A stretch of 64,000 bases of DNA from an uncultured virus (IMG/VR IMGVR_UViG_3300021087_000674) (IMGVR_UViG_3300021087_000674); one strand, 5' to 3'. Shown: positions 18,724 to 28,644, numbered from the stretch's first letter. Notes: generated by a model from the letters alone, not told the origin. A program made the numbers and translations.

Positions 18724-19098
18724 ATGAAAAAAATGATTTGGGTAACATTTAGAAAAGAAGGAATACATAAGTATCCTGCGGCTCTAACTGACCCTAAATT
18801 AGCAACTGGAGATGAATATGATGTGTCATTTTTGGGACATCCACATAGACATACATTTCATTTTAAAGTAGCTATCGAAGTTTTTCACGATGACAGAGAT
18901 ATCGAATTCATCCAATTTCAAAGATGGATTTTGAGTTTATATAGTCAAGGTACATTACAAAACGACTTTAAAAGTTGTGAAATGATGTCAGATGATTTAT
19001 ATACACAAATTAAAAAAAGATATCCTGGTAGAAATATTGAAATAGATGTTTCTGAAGATGGTGAAAATGGATCACACGCAGTATATGAAAAGGAATAA
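18724..19098 (+). CDS. QueD-like T-fold protein (second paralog)
   Basis: EGIH...HPHRHTFHF, DRDIEF, SCEM and VSEDGENG motifs; lacks the CxxxHGH-type cysteine of QueD. Confidence 0.7.
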   Translation: MKKMIWVTFRKEGIHKYPAALTDPKLATGDEYDVSFLGHPHRHTFHFKVAIEVFHDDRDIEFIQFQRWILSLYSQGTLQNDFKSCEMMSDDLYTQIKKRYPGRNIEIDVSEDGENGSHAVYEKE

Positions 19099-19100
19099 GA

Positions 19101-20177
19101 ATGACAATTTACATTGTTGATTTGGAAGCCGTTGATACTCGATATACAAAAGAGTGGAAAACGCATCTCCCAGAACAACTAAAAAGACATACTAATAAAG
19201 AAGTAGTTAACATAAGTGGAGGCGATACACCTCAAAAAACTACGCCGGGTGCTTTTTTAAACTTTGGTGGAACCAATGTTTATAAGAGTAATCAATTGGC
19301 TAAAATTGGAGAAATGTTTTGTGAAGGTAAAATTAAAGATGGAGATTATTTCTTATATACTGACGCTTGGAATCCTACAGTCATACAATTAAAATATATG
19401 GCAGAACTATTAGGCGTTAAAATAAAAATAGGTGGTATGTGGCACGCCGGGTCATATGATCCAGCAGACTTTTTAGGTAGATTAATTGGAAAGAAACCTT
19501 GGGTAAGATTGGCAGAAGAAAGTATGTATGAAACTTTTGATCATAACTTTTTTGCAACACAATTTCATACAGATATGTTTAGTGATACATTTATTAAAGT
19601 AGTTACTAGAAAATTAGAAGCTCAAATGAATCAAAAAATAAAAAGAGTAGGTTGGCCTATGGAATATATGGAACGTAATCTTGCTCAATATAAAAATATG
19701 CCAAAGAAAAAACAAATATTATTTCCACATAGACTTGCACCTGAAAAGCAACTAGACATATTTCAAGACCTTAAAGATTCTATTGGAAGCGAATATGATT
19801 TTATAATATGTCAGGAACAAACATTGAGTAAAGTAGAATATCATAATTTACTAGGAGAATCTAAATTAATCTTTAGTGCTAACTTACAAGAAACATTAGG
19901 TATACGTTGGTATGAAGGTGCACTATTAGATGTTATACCAATGGTGCCAAATAGATTAAGTTATAAAGAAATGGCAATTGAAGAATTTGCTTACCCTAGC
20001 GAATGGACAATTGATATGGAACATTATCGTAAACACAAACAAGAAGTAATAGACAAAATACACGACTATATGGAAAATTATTCAAAATATATTCCATTAA
20101 TATGGAAACAAAGAGAAATATTAAAAAATCAATTTTTCTCTGGTAAAGCATTATACGAGGTAGTAAAATATGGCTAA
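19101..20177 (+). CDS. GT-B (family 4-like) glycosyltransferase
   Basis: WHAGSYD, FPHRLAPEKQ and QETLGIRWYEG motifs. Confidence 0.8.
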   Translation: MTIYIVDLEAVDTRYTKEWKTHLPEQLKRHTNKEVVNISGGDTPQKTTPGAFLNFGGTNVYKSNQLAKIGEMFCEGKIKDGDYFLYTDAWNPTVIQLKYMAELLGVKIKIGGMWHAGSYDPADFLGRLIGKKPWVRLAEESMYETFDHNFFATQFHTDMFSDTFIKVVTRKLEAQMNQKIKRVGWPMEYMERNLAQYKNMPKKKQILFPHRLAPEKQLDIFQDLKDSIGSEYDFIICQEQTLSKVEYHNLLGESKLIFSANLQETLGIRWYEGALLDVIPMVPNRLSYKEMAIEEFAYPSEWTIDMEHYRKHKQEVIDKIHDYMENYSKYIPLIWKQREILKNQFFSGKALYEVVKYG

Positions 20178-20730
20178 AGACAAAGTAACACCAGAACAAA
20201 AAAATAATTTATTAACAAATGGTCTCTATTTGTTAATGGACGAAATTAATACAGATTCTTGTAGAGCTTGTATTCAATGGATTATGAATTGCAATCTTGC
20301 TTCTACTAGATTGCCTAAACTAACTTTAATTATTAATTCACCTGGCGGTGATGTTCATGCCGCATTTGCATTAATAGATACAATCAAAGCTAGTACAATA
20401 CCTATTAAAACTGTAGGATTAGGATTAATTGCCTCTTCCGGATTTTTAATTTTTATTGCAGGAAAGAAAGGAGAAAGGATACTTACACCTAATACTTCAA
20501 TATTATCTCATCAATACAGTTGGGGAAGTGATGGCAAAGAACACGAACTATATGCTCGTGTTAAAGAATTTGAGCTATCAACTAAAAGAATGGTAGAACA
20601 TTACAAAAAATGTATTGGAATGTCTGAGAAAAAAATTAAAGAAGTATTATTACCGCCACAGGACGTTTGGTTATCGGCTGAAGAGGCTAAAAAACTAGCA
20701 ATCTGTGACAAAATAGAAAAACTTTATTAA
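20170..20730 (+). CDS. clpP: ClpP-like protease subunit
   Basis: INSPGG, GLIASSG (Ser), LSHQ (His) and QDVWLSAEEA (Asp). Confidence 0.88.
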   Translation: MAKDKVTPEQKNNLLTNGLYLLMDEINTDSCRACIQWIMNCNLASTRLPKLTLIINSPGGDVHAAFALIDTIKASTIPIKTVGLGLIASSGFLIFIAGKKGERILTPNTSILSHQYSWGSDGKEHELYARVKEFELSTKRMVEHYKKCIGMSEKKIKEVLLPPQDVWLSAEEAKKLAICDKIEKLY

Positions 20731-20742
20731 GGAGTATTCTTT

Positions 20743-21264
20743 ATGACAAAGAAAACAAAAAAACAAACTAAAACACCAGACTTATCTGGTAAAGCCCAAT
20801 GGTCTAAAGGGGAAGGACCATATGGAGAATGGCCCGTTTATCCTAGTTCATCTTGGATGCCAAGTGATAGCGGAGTTCCTAGAGATACAGGAACTATAGC
20901 AGTTAATTTTGATGACAATGGTGGAGGAATAGATTCGTCTAACACCCCACCCATAACTTATTCTTATGGTCTCGGATCTATATCTGGAGCACCACCTTCT
21001 GCAAATGAAGGACTAGAAGTTACATATGGAGGAGGCGGTCCTTTACAAGCACAATTCGAAGCAGATGCAGTATCAGGACAATATGCTTTTGATTATGATT
21101 TTGCAGAACCTAAACCTTTTCAAAAATCTATGCCTAGTCTTTCCCAAGTAGAGGAAATGGCTGTAATATATCCTTCATTAAAAATTGCATACGAAAAATT
21201 TAAAAACGTTTATAGAATAGTATATGACGATTGGGCGGCAAGGCAAAATAAAGATGATGTTTAA
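20743..21264 (+). CDS. hypothetical protein with Gly/Pro/Ser-rich N-terminal region
   Basis: ORF with SD AAGGAG. Confidence 0.7.
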   Translation: MTKKTKKQTKTPDLSGKAQWSKGEGPYGEWPVYPSSSWMPSDSGVPRDTGTIAVNFDDNGGGIDSSNTPPITYSYGLGSISGAPPSANEGLEVTYGGGGPLQAQFEADAVSGQYAFDYDFAEPKPFQKSMPSLSQVEEMAVIYPSLKIAYEKFKNVYRIVYDDWAARQNKDDV

Positions 21265-21724
21265 AACTATAGAAACTAAAAAAAGTTACTTTACTATGAT
21301 TCAAATGAGACATAGTCTTAATATGATTTTGTCTGAAATGTCAGGTATTAATTGGAAACCTCATATTGTTTTAGGAATTAATAGAGGTGGTTGTGTACCA
21401 GGCATTTACCTTAGTCATGCTTTAAATGTACCTCACGAAACATTAGACATTAGACTTAGAGATCATAAAAGTAAACCTAGTTTAGCAGTTTTAGAAAAAG
21501 CTAACGCTTTTCAAAAAAAAATATTAATTGTAGATGACATTAATGATACTGGAGCAACATTTAATTATATTAAAGATAACTTTGGTGCTCCTGATAATGT
21601 AAAATTTGCAAGTATTATACATAATGAACCAAGTAAATTTCAAGAATTACATTTTAAAGGATATACAATTAATAAAGATAAAAATCCAGTATGGATTGTA
21701 TTTCCTTGGGAAGAATGGGAATGA
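21254..21724 (+). CDS. type I phosphoribosyltransferase (Gpt/Hpt-like)
   Basis: GINRGG, LIVDDINDTGAT and WIVFPWE motifs. Confidence 0.9.
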   Translation: MMFKTIETKKSYFTMIQMRHSLNMILSEMSGINWKPHIVLGINRGGCVPGIYLSHALNVPHETLDIRLRDHKSKPSLAVLEKANAFQKKILIVDDINDTGATFNYIKDNFGAPDNVKFASIIHNEPSKFQELHFKGYTINKDKNPVWIVFPWEEWE

Positions 21725-22107
21725 TAAAACCTGACACATTAGATAAAGCTCAAGCAGAAAATAGAGCACCTTGGAAAGATGTAGTTCATGAATTTAAAGA
21801 TATAGTATGGTATAATGACGGCTATCCAGTAACAGAAGGACATTCTTTAGTTGTGCCTAAAGAAGCAACACAAAATAATATAATAAAATGTTTTGATTTA
21901 GCATTAAAAATTGCTAATGACAATGTTGCTAAAGGAGTTATTGACGGTTATAATATTGGAATTAATATAGGAGATAGTGCTGGGCAAACTATAAAATATC
22001 CTCACATACATTTAATACCTCGTAAAAATGGAGATACTAAAAATCCTAAAGGAGGAATAAGAAACGTTATACCCGGAAAAGGAGATTACACAAAGAAAAA
22101 TGTCTAA
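21721..22107 (+). CDS. HIT family nucleotide hydrolase
   Basis: PVTEGHSLVVP and AGQTIKYPHIHLIPR motifs. Confidence 0.88.
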   Translation: MIKPDTLDKAQAENRAPWKDVVHEFKDIVWYNDGYPVTEGHSLVVPKEATQNNIIKCFDLALKIANDNVAKGVIDGYNIGINIGDSAGQTIKYPHIHLIPRKNGDTKNPKGGIRNVIPGKGDYTKKNV

Positions 22108-22915
22108 AACATTGTTTATGGGCGATAGTCATTTAGCTGGTTATCAAACGATTCCAGGGAAAGTAGGTCCGGGAAGTTATTCACTTTATAATGATAATAA
22201 CTTTGCTGAACAATATGCTATCTTAAATGATAAAGAAGTAATTGTTTATTGTGTGGCGGGTACTGCCAATATGGTATATCCAGACTGGCTTAAAACTATG
22301 TTTCAAAAACATGATGATATAGATGAAGTACACATACTTTTGTCGTCATTTAATAGATTTGTAATTGCATTTAATAAAACAATATTAGAAAAAACAATAA
22401 AAGTAGATCATTTTACAAACCTAGCAAAAGAAAAGCCGTTAGTAAAAATATATTCAGATGGTATTGTAGTTAATGATTCTGTCCAATTATTTAATAAACC
22501 TATAAAAGATGACTACGAAAAATTTGTAGGTTTTGAATTTTCGCCTGAACAAGGTTTAGTAAAACCAGATTTAAGAAAACAATCATTTATGGAGTGCAAA
22601 TTATTTTATGATTTAAACACACACATAGAACATAGAAACTTTTATAAAGACATTTATATAATGGATAATATTTGTGCAGATAATAATGCAAAATTATATC
22701 TATCTGTAATGAGAACAAGAACTCAACATCCAAGAGATTTTAATTATTATGGAAATTTAAAAGCTACAACAATTGCTACACAAAGCATAGAAGATTATAT
22801 GAAAGGCCTTTACATAAATCCAGATAAACATTTTTTGGATGACGATGAACATTTTAATACTGAATATCATAAAGCAATAGCGGAGAAATACATTCCATGG
22901 ATAAAAAAATTTTAA
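22100..22915 (+). CDS. SGNH/GDSL-like protein
   Basis: FMGDSH at the N-terminus, DDEHFN near the C-terminus. Confidence 0.55.
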   Translation: MSKTLFMGDSHLAGYQTIPGKVGPGSYSLYNDNNFAEQYAILNDKEVIVYCVAGTANMVYPDWLKTMFQKHDDIDEVHILLSSFNRFVIAFNKTILEKTIKVDHFTNLAKEKPLVKIYSDGIVVNDSVQLFNKPIKDDYEKFVGFEFSPEQGLVKPDLRKQSFMECKLFYDLNTHIEHRNFYKDIYIMDNICADNNAKLYLSVMRTRTQHPRDFNYYGNLKATTIATQSIEDYMKGLYINPDKHFLDDDEHFNTEYHKAIAEKYIPWIKKF

Positions 22916-23505
22916 TAATAGGAGATAGTTTTGCCTGCCCTTGGCATAAACCTAAATATGATGGGTGGCCGACGTTACTAGGTAAACAATTTCAAATTGA
23001 TAATTTAGCAGAAGCAGGTGTAGGTCAATACAAAATATTAAAACAATTAAGACAAAAATCTACTTTAGATGCTTTTTGGGTTCAAACATATGGATTAGTA
23101 ATTGTTTCACATACTAGTCCTAGTAGAATTCATACATCTAAACATCCAGTACATAAAAAAGGATTACATAAAAATTGTGATTTAATTTATAATGACATTA
23201 TGGACAAAACAGCAATATTTAATTCCAAACTTAAAACTGCTCAAAATTGGTTTAAGCATTTTTATGATGACGATTACCAAAAAGATATTTACGAACTAAT
23301 ACGAAATGAAATAGCAAAATCAATACCAATAACTTCTTTACACTTGGATCATTTTAGTATTAGTAAAGAATTTGCTACCGAAAAAAATAAAATAGACTTT
23401 TGCCAAACTTGGATAAAGCATAGAGGGGTAGTAAACCATTATACAAAGGAAGGAAATCAGATTGTCTGTCAAAAAATTATTGACAAAATTGGACAAATCT
23501 GTTAA
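22897..23505 (+). CDS. SGNH/GDSL-like protein
   Basis: IIGDSF, NLAEAGVG and VNHYTKEGN motifs. Confidence 0.55.
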   Translation: MDKKILIIGDSFACPWHKPKYDGWPTLLGKQFQIDNLAEAGVGQYKILKQLRQKSTLDAFWVQTYGLVIVSHTSPSRIHTSKHPVHKKGLHKNCDLIYNDIMDKTAIFNSKLKTAQNWFKHFYDDDYQKDIYELIRNEIAKSIPITSLHLDHFSISKEFATEKNKIDFCQTWIKHRGVVNHYTKEGNQIVCQKIIDKIGQIC

Positions 23506-23508
23506 TGT
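23480..23508 (+). promoter_or_regulatory. possible sigma70-type promoter for folE-queE
   Basis: TTGACA-17 nt-TAATGT (weak -10) with TG extension. Confidence 0.55.
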
Positions 23509-23514
23509 AACAAT

Positions 23515-24192
23515 ATGAGAACATCCGAAAAGATTAAACAAAGATTAATAGACAAAAAGATACGTTTTTTTGCAAACGACAATATCGCCAAGTATTTGGA
23601 GAAAGGTGAATTAAAAGAATTAGAAACAGAAATAGAAGAAGCATTTGAAGAAGTTTTAGAAGCATTAGTAATTGATACTGAAAATGATCACAACACAAAA
23701 GAAACTGCAAAACGTGTTGCAAAAATGTATATTAATGAAATATATTCAGGTAGATATAATCCATTACCTAAAATTACATCATTTCCGAATACGGGATATA
23801 AAAGTTTATACACTAGTGGTCCAATTAGTGTTAGATCAACCTGTGCTCACCATTTTCAAAACATTGTAGGAAATTGTTGGGTAGGAGTGTTACCTGAAGA
23901 TGAAGTTATAGGTTTAAGTAAATTTAATAGAATCGTACACCACATTGCAGAGAGACCTCAAATACAAGAAGAAATGACGACACAAATTTCTGAAGCATTA
24001 AGAAAATATGCTAAAACACCTAATGTAGCAGTATTAGTTAAAGCAAAACATCATTGTTTAACACAACGTGGTGTAAAAGAATCTGACAATGATATGACTA
24101 CCGCAATTATGTTAGGCGCTTTTGATACCCATGCACCACTTAAAAAAGAATTTTATGATATCTGCTTTAGTATGAAAGGACATAACAGTTAG
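23515..24192 (+). CDS. folE: GTP cyclohydrolase I
   Basis: ETAKRVAKMY, STCAHH, GLSKFNR, RPQIQE and HHCLTQRGV motifs. Confidence 0.95.
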   Translation: MRTSEKIKQRLIDKKIRFFANDNIAKYLEKGELKELETEIEEAFEEVLEALVIDTENDHNTKETAKRVAKMYINEIYSGRYNPLPKITSFPNTGYKSLYTSGPISVRSTCAHHFQNIVGNCWVGVLPEDEVIGLSKFNRIVHHIAERPQIQEEMTTQISEALRKYAKTPNVAVLVKAKHHCLTQRGVKESDNDMTTAIMLGAFDTHAPLKKEFYDICFSMKGHNS

Positions 24193-24199
24193 GTGAGCA

Positions 24200-25063
24200 A
24201 TGGAATCAAACGAATTAAGAGTTACTGAAGCATTTATATCAGTACAAGGTGAGGGTAGATTTGTAGGAGTACCTAGTGTATTTTTACGATTGTTTGGCTG
24301 TAATTTTAAATGTCGAGGCTTTGGAATGCCAAAAGGCGAATTAGCTGACGATTATTTAAAAGTAAACGCAGATGATCCAAAGTATAAAAAACTTAAGGAT
24401 TTACCTTTAGTGCATAGAGGTTGTGATAGTTATGCATCATGGGACGCAAGATTTAAAAAGTTCACTAAAGATTATACTATCGACGAATTAGTTGAAAAGT
24501 TATTATCTTTAACACCGGAAGGTAAGTGGACTTGTAATAACGGACAAGATATACATCTTGTTATAACAGGAGGAGAACCATTTTTAGGGTTTCAAAAACA
24601 TTATGTTGAATTATTTGAACATCCTAGAATGCAAGATTTAAAAAATGTTACATTTGAAACAAACACTACACAACCTATCGGAAAGGGTTTATCGGACTGG
24701 ACTACGACACAAAATAAAATACATATTACGTTTTCGTGCTCTCCGAAACTTACCGTTTCCGGAGAACGTTGGGAAGATGCTATTAAACCCGATGTTGCTA
24801 AAAGTTACTTTGATGTACCCAATAGTTATTTGTATTTCAAGTTTGTTGTTTGTGATGACTTTGACGTTAACGAAGTTACTAAAGCTGTTGAACTTTATAA
24901 AAATGCAGGTGTCGACTGTCCTGTCTATTGTATGGCTGTCGGTGGATGTTATGAAGAATACCAAGAAAACGCAAAAAGTGTTACCCAACTTGCAATGCAA
25001 AGAGGATGGAGATATAGTCCACGATTGCACGTCGATATTTTCGGAAACGAATGGGGAACTTAA
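24200..25063 (+). CDS. queE: 7-carboxy-7-deazaguanine synthase (radical SAM)
   Basis: SVQGEG...FLRLFGCNFKC...CDS, TGGEP, FETN, SPKL and RLH motifs. Confidence 0.92.
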   Translation: MESNELRVTEAFISVQGEGRFVGVPSVFLRLFGCNFKCRGFGMPKGELADDYLKVNADDPKYKKLKDLPLVHRGCDSYASWDARFKKFTKDYTIDELVEKLLSLTPEGKWTCNNGQDIHLVITGGEPFLGFQKHYVELFEHPRMQDLKNVTFETNTTQPIGKGLSDWTTTQNKIHITFSCSPKLTVSGERWEDAIKPDVAKSYFDVPNSYLYFKFVVCDDFDVNEVTKAVELYKNAGVDCPVYCMAVGGCYEEYQENAKSVTQLAMQRGWRYSPRLHVDIFGNEWGT

Positions 25064-25085
25064 AAAGGAAGGAGGAAAATAACAT

Positions 25086-25481
25086 ATGGATATAATAAAA
25101 AAAATGAAAGGTATATTTAAAACAAAAGATAAAACAAAAGATGTTGCATCAGGATATACTGAGAAAGATCCTAAAAGAATAGCATTAATGGAAGAAAAAG
25201 CAAAAGCAACTAAACTAGGAAAACCTTGGGTAGCAGTATTAGATACTCAAATTAATAAAGATAATATTAAAAATGGCTTTTTTGAATTAGATTGGAATAA
25301 TGAATTTATTGAACAATTAATAGATGCTGGCTATAAAGGCGAAAAAAACGAACATATAGTTGATGCTTGGTTTAAAGATATTGCAAAAAATATTTTAAAA
25401 GAACAAGGACAAAATACAGATACCGGAATGGGATACATTAATATCAACAGAATGGATGATGATAAATCAGAGGTTAGTTAA
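25086..25481 (+). CDS. hypothetical protein
   Basis: ORF with SD GGAGG. Confidence 0.75.
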   Translation: MDIIKKMKGIFKTKDKTKDVASGYTEKDPKRIALMEEKAKATKLGKPWVAVLDTQINKDNIKNGFFELDWNNEFIEQLIDAGYKGEKNEHIVDAWFKDIAKNILKEQGQNTDTGMGYININRMDDDKSEVS

Positions 25482-26140
25482 TGTTAGAAGTTCACAAAAG
25501 TATGCACCCTTTAACAGAGTTTGCTCCAACTTGGAAGATTCCTTTATGGTTTGATACATACTCAAATGTAGAAAAATTAGATATTATGCGTAAATGGATT
25601 TTAGATAATGAAAAGCAAATTATAGAAAAACACAAAGACAGCTCCGAAGACGATGGTGGAACAGGTTTAGGACAAAATAGTTTAACTGCTCAATATAAAG
25701 ATTTTAATTTATTTAAACTTACAAAAGACATTCCCGAATTTCAAAAATTATTTAATTGGTTACAAGAAAGTTATATTCATTTTATGCTTGAACATAAAAC
25801 ACAACCAAGAAAATGTATAATGTTTTGTTGGGCAAATGTAATAAGAAAAGGACAAAATATTCGTATACACAATCACGGAGCAAAACATTTTTCTTATTTA
25901 AGTGGTAACTTGCATTTTGAAAAATATGATACAAATACAATGTATCATAATCCAATAGATCCTTATATGATTTATAAAATTGCAAATACTCCTGGGGACT
26001 TAACATTATTTCCAAGTTACATATATCACCAAGTAGACGAACATAAAGAAGATAAAACAAGAATTAGTATGGCTTTTGATTTATTTGATACAACTTTTTA
26101 TGAAGGAGACCGTACTAACAGTATAGAGTTTAACGCATGA
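25481..26140 (+). CDS. putative 2OG-Fe(II) oxygenase
   Basis: WAN...HNH...LSG...LFPSYIYHQV...RISMAFD. Confidence 0.8.
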   Translation: MLEVHKSMHPLTEFAPTWKIPLWFDTYSNVEKLDIMRKWILDNEKQIIEKHKDSSEDDGGTGLGQNSLTAQYKDFNLFKLTKDIPEFQKLFNWLQESYIHFMLEHKTQPRKCIMFCWANVIRKGQNIRIHNHGAKHFSYLSGNLHFEKYDTNTMYHNPIDPYMIYKIANTPGDLTLFPSYIYHQVDEHKEDKTRISMAFDLFDTTFYEGDRTNSIEFNA

Positions 26141-27129
26141 ATTACATTTTAGTAGATACTGCAAATACATTTTTTAGAGCTAGACACGTTATTAAAGGAG
26201 CTCTAAATGAAAAAATAGGAATGGCTTTACATATTACTCTTAATAGTATTAGAAAAGTATGGCAAGAATTTAAAGGAGACCATGTTGTATTTTGTTTAGA
26301 AGGAAAATCTTGGAGAAGAGATGTTTATCCTAGATATAAAATGAATAGAAAAACTGCTCGAGAGGCGTTAACTGTTTTAGAAAAAGAAGAGGAAGAAGTT
26401 TTTTGGGAAACATTTACTCACTTTACAAATTTTATAGATACAAAAACAAATTGTACAATGATACAACATGAACAGCTAGAAGCAGATGACTTAATTGCAG
26501 GTTGGGTAAAAGCACACCCAAATGATAATCATATTATAATATCTACCGACGGAGACTTTGCACAATTAATAAAACCTAATGTAAAACAATACAATGGAAT
26601 ACAAGAAGTTACTATTACACACGAAGGATACTTTGACAATAAAAAGAAACCTGTAATAGATAAAAAAACAGGATTCCCTAAAAAAGCACCTAACCCAAAA
26701 TTAATGCTATTTGAAAAATGTGTAAGAGGAGATCCTACTGATAACGTATTTTCAGCATACCCGGGTGTTAGAGCTAAAGGAACTAAAAAGAAAGTAGGGT
26801 TAATTGATGCATTTGAAGACAGAGTAACTAAAGGATACAATTGGAATAATTTAATGCTACAAAGATGGATAGATCAGAACGGTGAAGAACATAGAGTTGT
26901 TGATGATTACAATAGAAACGTAATACTATGTGATTTAGATGCACAACCGCCTAAAATTAAAGCTGTAATAAAAGAAACAGTAGAAACAGTTAAAACAAAA
27001 GCGATAGAACAAGTAGGGTTAAAACTTATTAAATTCTGTGCTAAATGGGATATGCAACGTATTGCAGAGTACCCACAGAGCTACGCAGAGCCCTTAAACG
27101 CAAAATATAAACAGAAAGAGGTAGCATGA
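26137..27129 (+). CDS. 5'-3' exonuclease / RNase H (T4 rnh-like)
   Basis: LVD, YKMNR, EADDLIA, STDGDF and GDPTDNV motifs. Confidence 0.9.
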   Translation: MNYILVDTANTFFRARHVIKGALNEKIGMALHITLNSIRKVWQEFKGDHVVFCLEGKSWRRDVYPRYKMNRKTAREALTVLEKEEEEVFWETFTHFTNFIDTKTNCTMIQHEQLEADDLIAGWVKAHPNDNHIIISTDGDFAQLIKPNVKQYNGIQEVTITHEGYFDNKKKPVIDKKTGFPKKAPNPKLMLFEKCVRGDPTDNVFSAYPGVRAKGTKKKVGLIDAFEDRVTKGYNWNNLMLQRWIDQNGEEHRVVDDYNRNVILCDLDAQPPKIKAVIKETVETVKTKAIEQVGLKLIKFCAKWDMQRIAEYPQSYAEPLNAKYKQKEVA

Positions 27130-27614
27130 CAATGGAAAAATTCTTTGCAAAACCTATACTAGAAAGTAGATTCTGGATAGTTGAAAAACACGGACACAAG
27201 GTAGGTACATTATGTAGACAAGAAGATAGGAAATATCTATATACTTGTGATGAAGGAACTAAAATATTTGATAATGAAACACAATTAAGGAACAATTTTG
27301 ATGGGGAATGGATGTGGGGCAACAGTACTATTTCAAGCCCACACATTGAGCCCACAGAGCACCTAGTGTACAGTTTTCCTTGCAAGTTTAAACCTTGTAA
27401 CATGGTATATGATGTTAAAAAGAAATTACCATTGTTTACAAAAAGTAAAAAATCCAAATCTTTATATAGTGCTGGATATTACATTATTAAATTTGAAAAA
27501 GGGTGGGTACGAAGTTTTTGCCCTAAACTAATTACTTTAGAAAGATATCCTAGTAAAGGACCTTTTAAAACAACACTTGAAATGAAACAGGAGTTAGCAA
27601 ATGCCAACAGATGA
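27126..27614 (+). CDS. hypothetical protein
   Basis: ORF coupled by ATGA overlap. Confidence 0.75.
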   Translation: MTMEKFFAKPILESRFWIVEKHGHKVGTLCRQEDRKYLYTCDEGTKIFDNETQLRNNFDGEWMWGNSTISSPHIEPTEHLVYSFPCKFKPCNMVYDVKKKLPLFTKSKKSKSLYSAGYYIIKFEKGWVRSFCPKLITLERYPSKGPFKTTLEMKQELANANR

Positions 27615-27837
27615 ACCTATTAATACAGCACCTATCCAACAATTTATACAAAGAGTAAAAGCCGCAGACACTGGACAACAAAAAGAAGTAAAAATTGACA
27701 TTGCAACTGCCAAAAGTTTAACATATTCTCTAGCAACAGTACTGGCTAGACTTGCCGGAGATTACGAATCTCTCATAACTAAACAATCAAAAACCGACGA
27801 AACTATCAGTGTAAAAGCTGACGGTGGAAGACTTTAG
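27601..27837 (+). CDS. hypothetical protein
   Basis: ORF with SD GGAG. Confidence 0.7.
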   Translation: MPTDEPINTAPIQQFIQRVKAADTGQQKEVKIDIATAKSLTYSLATVLARLAGDYESLITKQSKTDETISVKADGGRL

Positions 27838-27955
27838 TTTAAACGTCTATAAAGGCGTTTCCTCATCATTAACTTAATACTTTTGTTACACTAATTCGAA
27901 TAATACAAGATAAATATAGTATAAGATGTAACTAACGAGGGTACATTAGAAAATT

Positions 27956-28246
27956 ATGAGTAGACCAAAGCCTACAATTATCTTGGAACACGTAGACAAG
28001 AAAAGCTATAAAACAGAGCAGATTCTTGAAGCGGAAGCCATCTGGGCTGTGTTTCATAAGAACAAACCTTTTAACCTCAAATCAGCAAATATGCTTAACA
28101 ACTATCCAGGACCAAAATACAAAAAAGTTAGTTTTTCTAATCCTGGTCACGCCTTTAACTTGGCTAAAAAATTGAATACTCTTTTCAACGTTGAAGAATT
28201 CACAGTAGTTAAACTTACTGCTGGGGAAACTGTCAACGAAAAATGA
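27956..28246 (+). CDS. conserved hypothetical phage protein
   Basis: ORF preceded by GATAAATA at 27909-27916. Confidence 0.75.
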   Translation: MSRPKPTIILEHVDKKSYKTEQILEAEAIWAVFHKNKPFNLKSANMLNNYPGPKYKKVSFSNPGHAFNLAKKLNTLFNVEEFTVVKLTAGETVNEK

Positions 28247-28644
28247 ACTGGAAAGAAACCTTCACAAAAATTTTCCTAAAGAACGCAAATATTAGTATTA
28301 ATCCAAATACTTTAAAAGAGTATTTGCCTATGTGGTGGATTAATACCAGATCAAAAGATGTAGGTGGTTTAAGATTAACTGATAAAGGTTTAGATTTTAT
28401 TACAAAAAGACTTGAATTAAAAACATATGAAGTTCCATTCCCAGTAGACTTTAATGTTACTACTCAAACCATAATTTTTTTAGATAGATTTATTACTTGT
28501 CCATATTTTTTAGCTGACGATGGAATAATCGTTACTAATGAAAAGAAAGCTATGGAATTAATGTTATTTTCTGGAGACATTAGAAAATATGGTATTAGTA
28601 AAGCAATGACTAGGCAAGAAGAAGAAATCAATAACGAAGAATAA
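28243..28644 (+). CDS. hypothetical protein
   Basis: ORF coupled by ATGA overlap. Confidence 0.75.
   Translation: MNWKETFTKIFLKNANISINPNTLKEYLPMWWINTRSKDVGGLRLTDKGLDFITKRLELKTYEVPFPVDFNVTTQTIIFLDRFITCPYFLADDGIIVTNEKKAMELMLFSGDIRKYGISKAMTRQEEEINNEE

Noticed and set aside
27841..27860. Hairpin AAACGTC-TATAAA-GGCGTTT as an intrinsic terminator
   Set aside because: Weak stem and no downstream U tract; cannot be supported.
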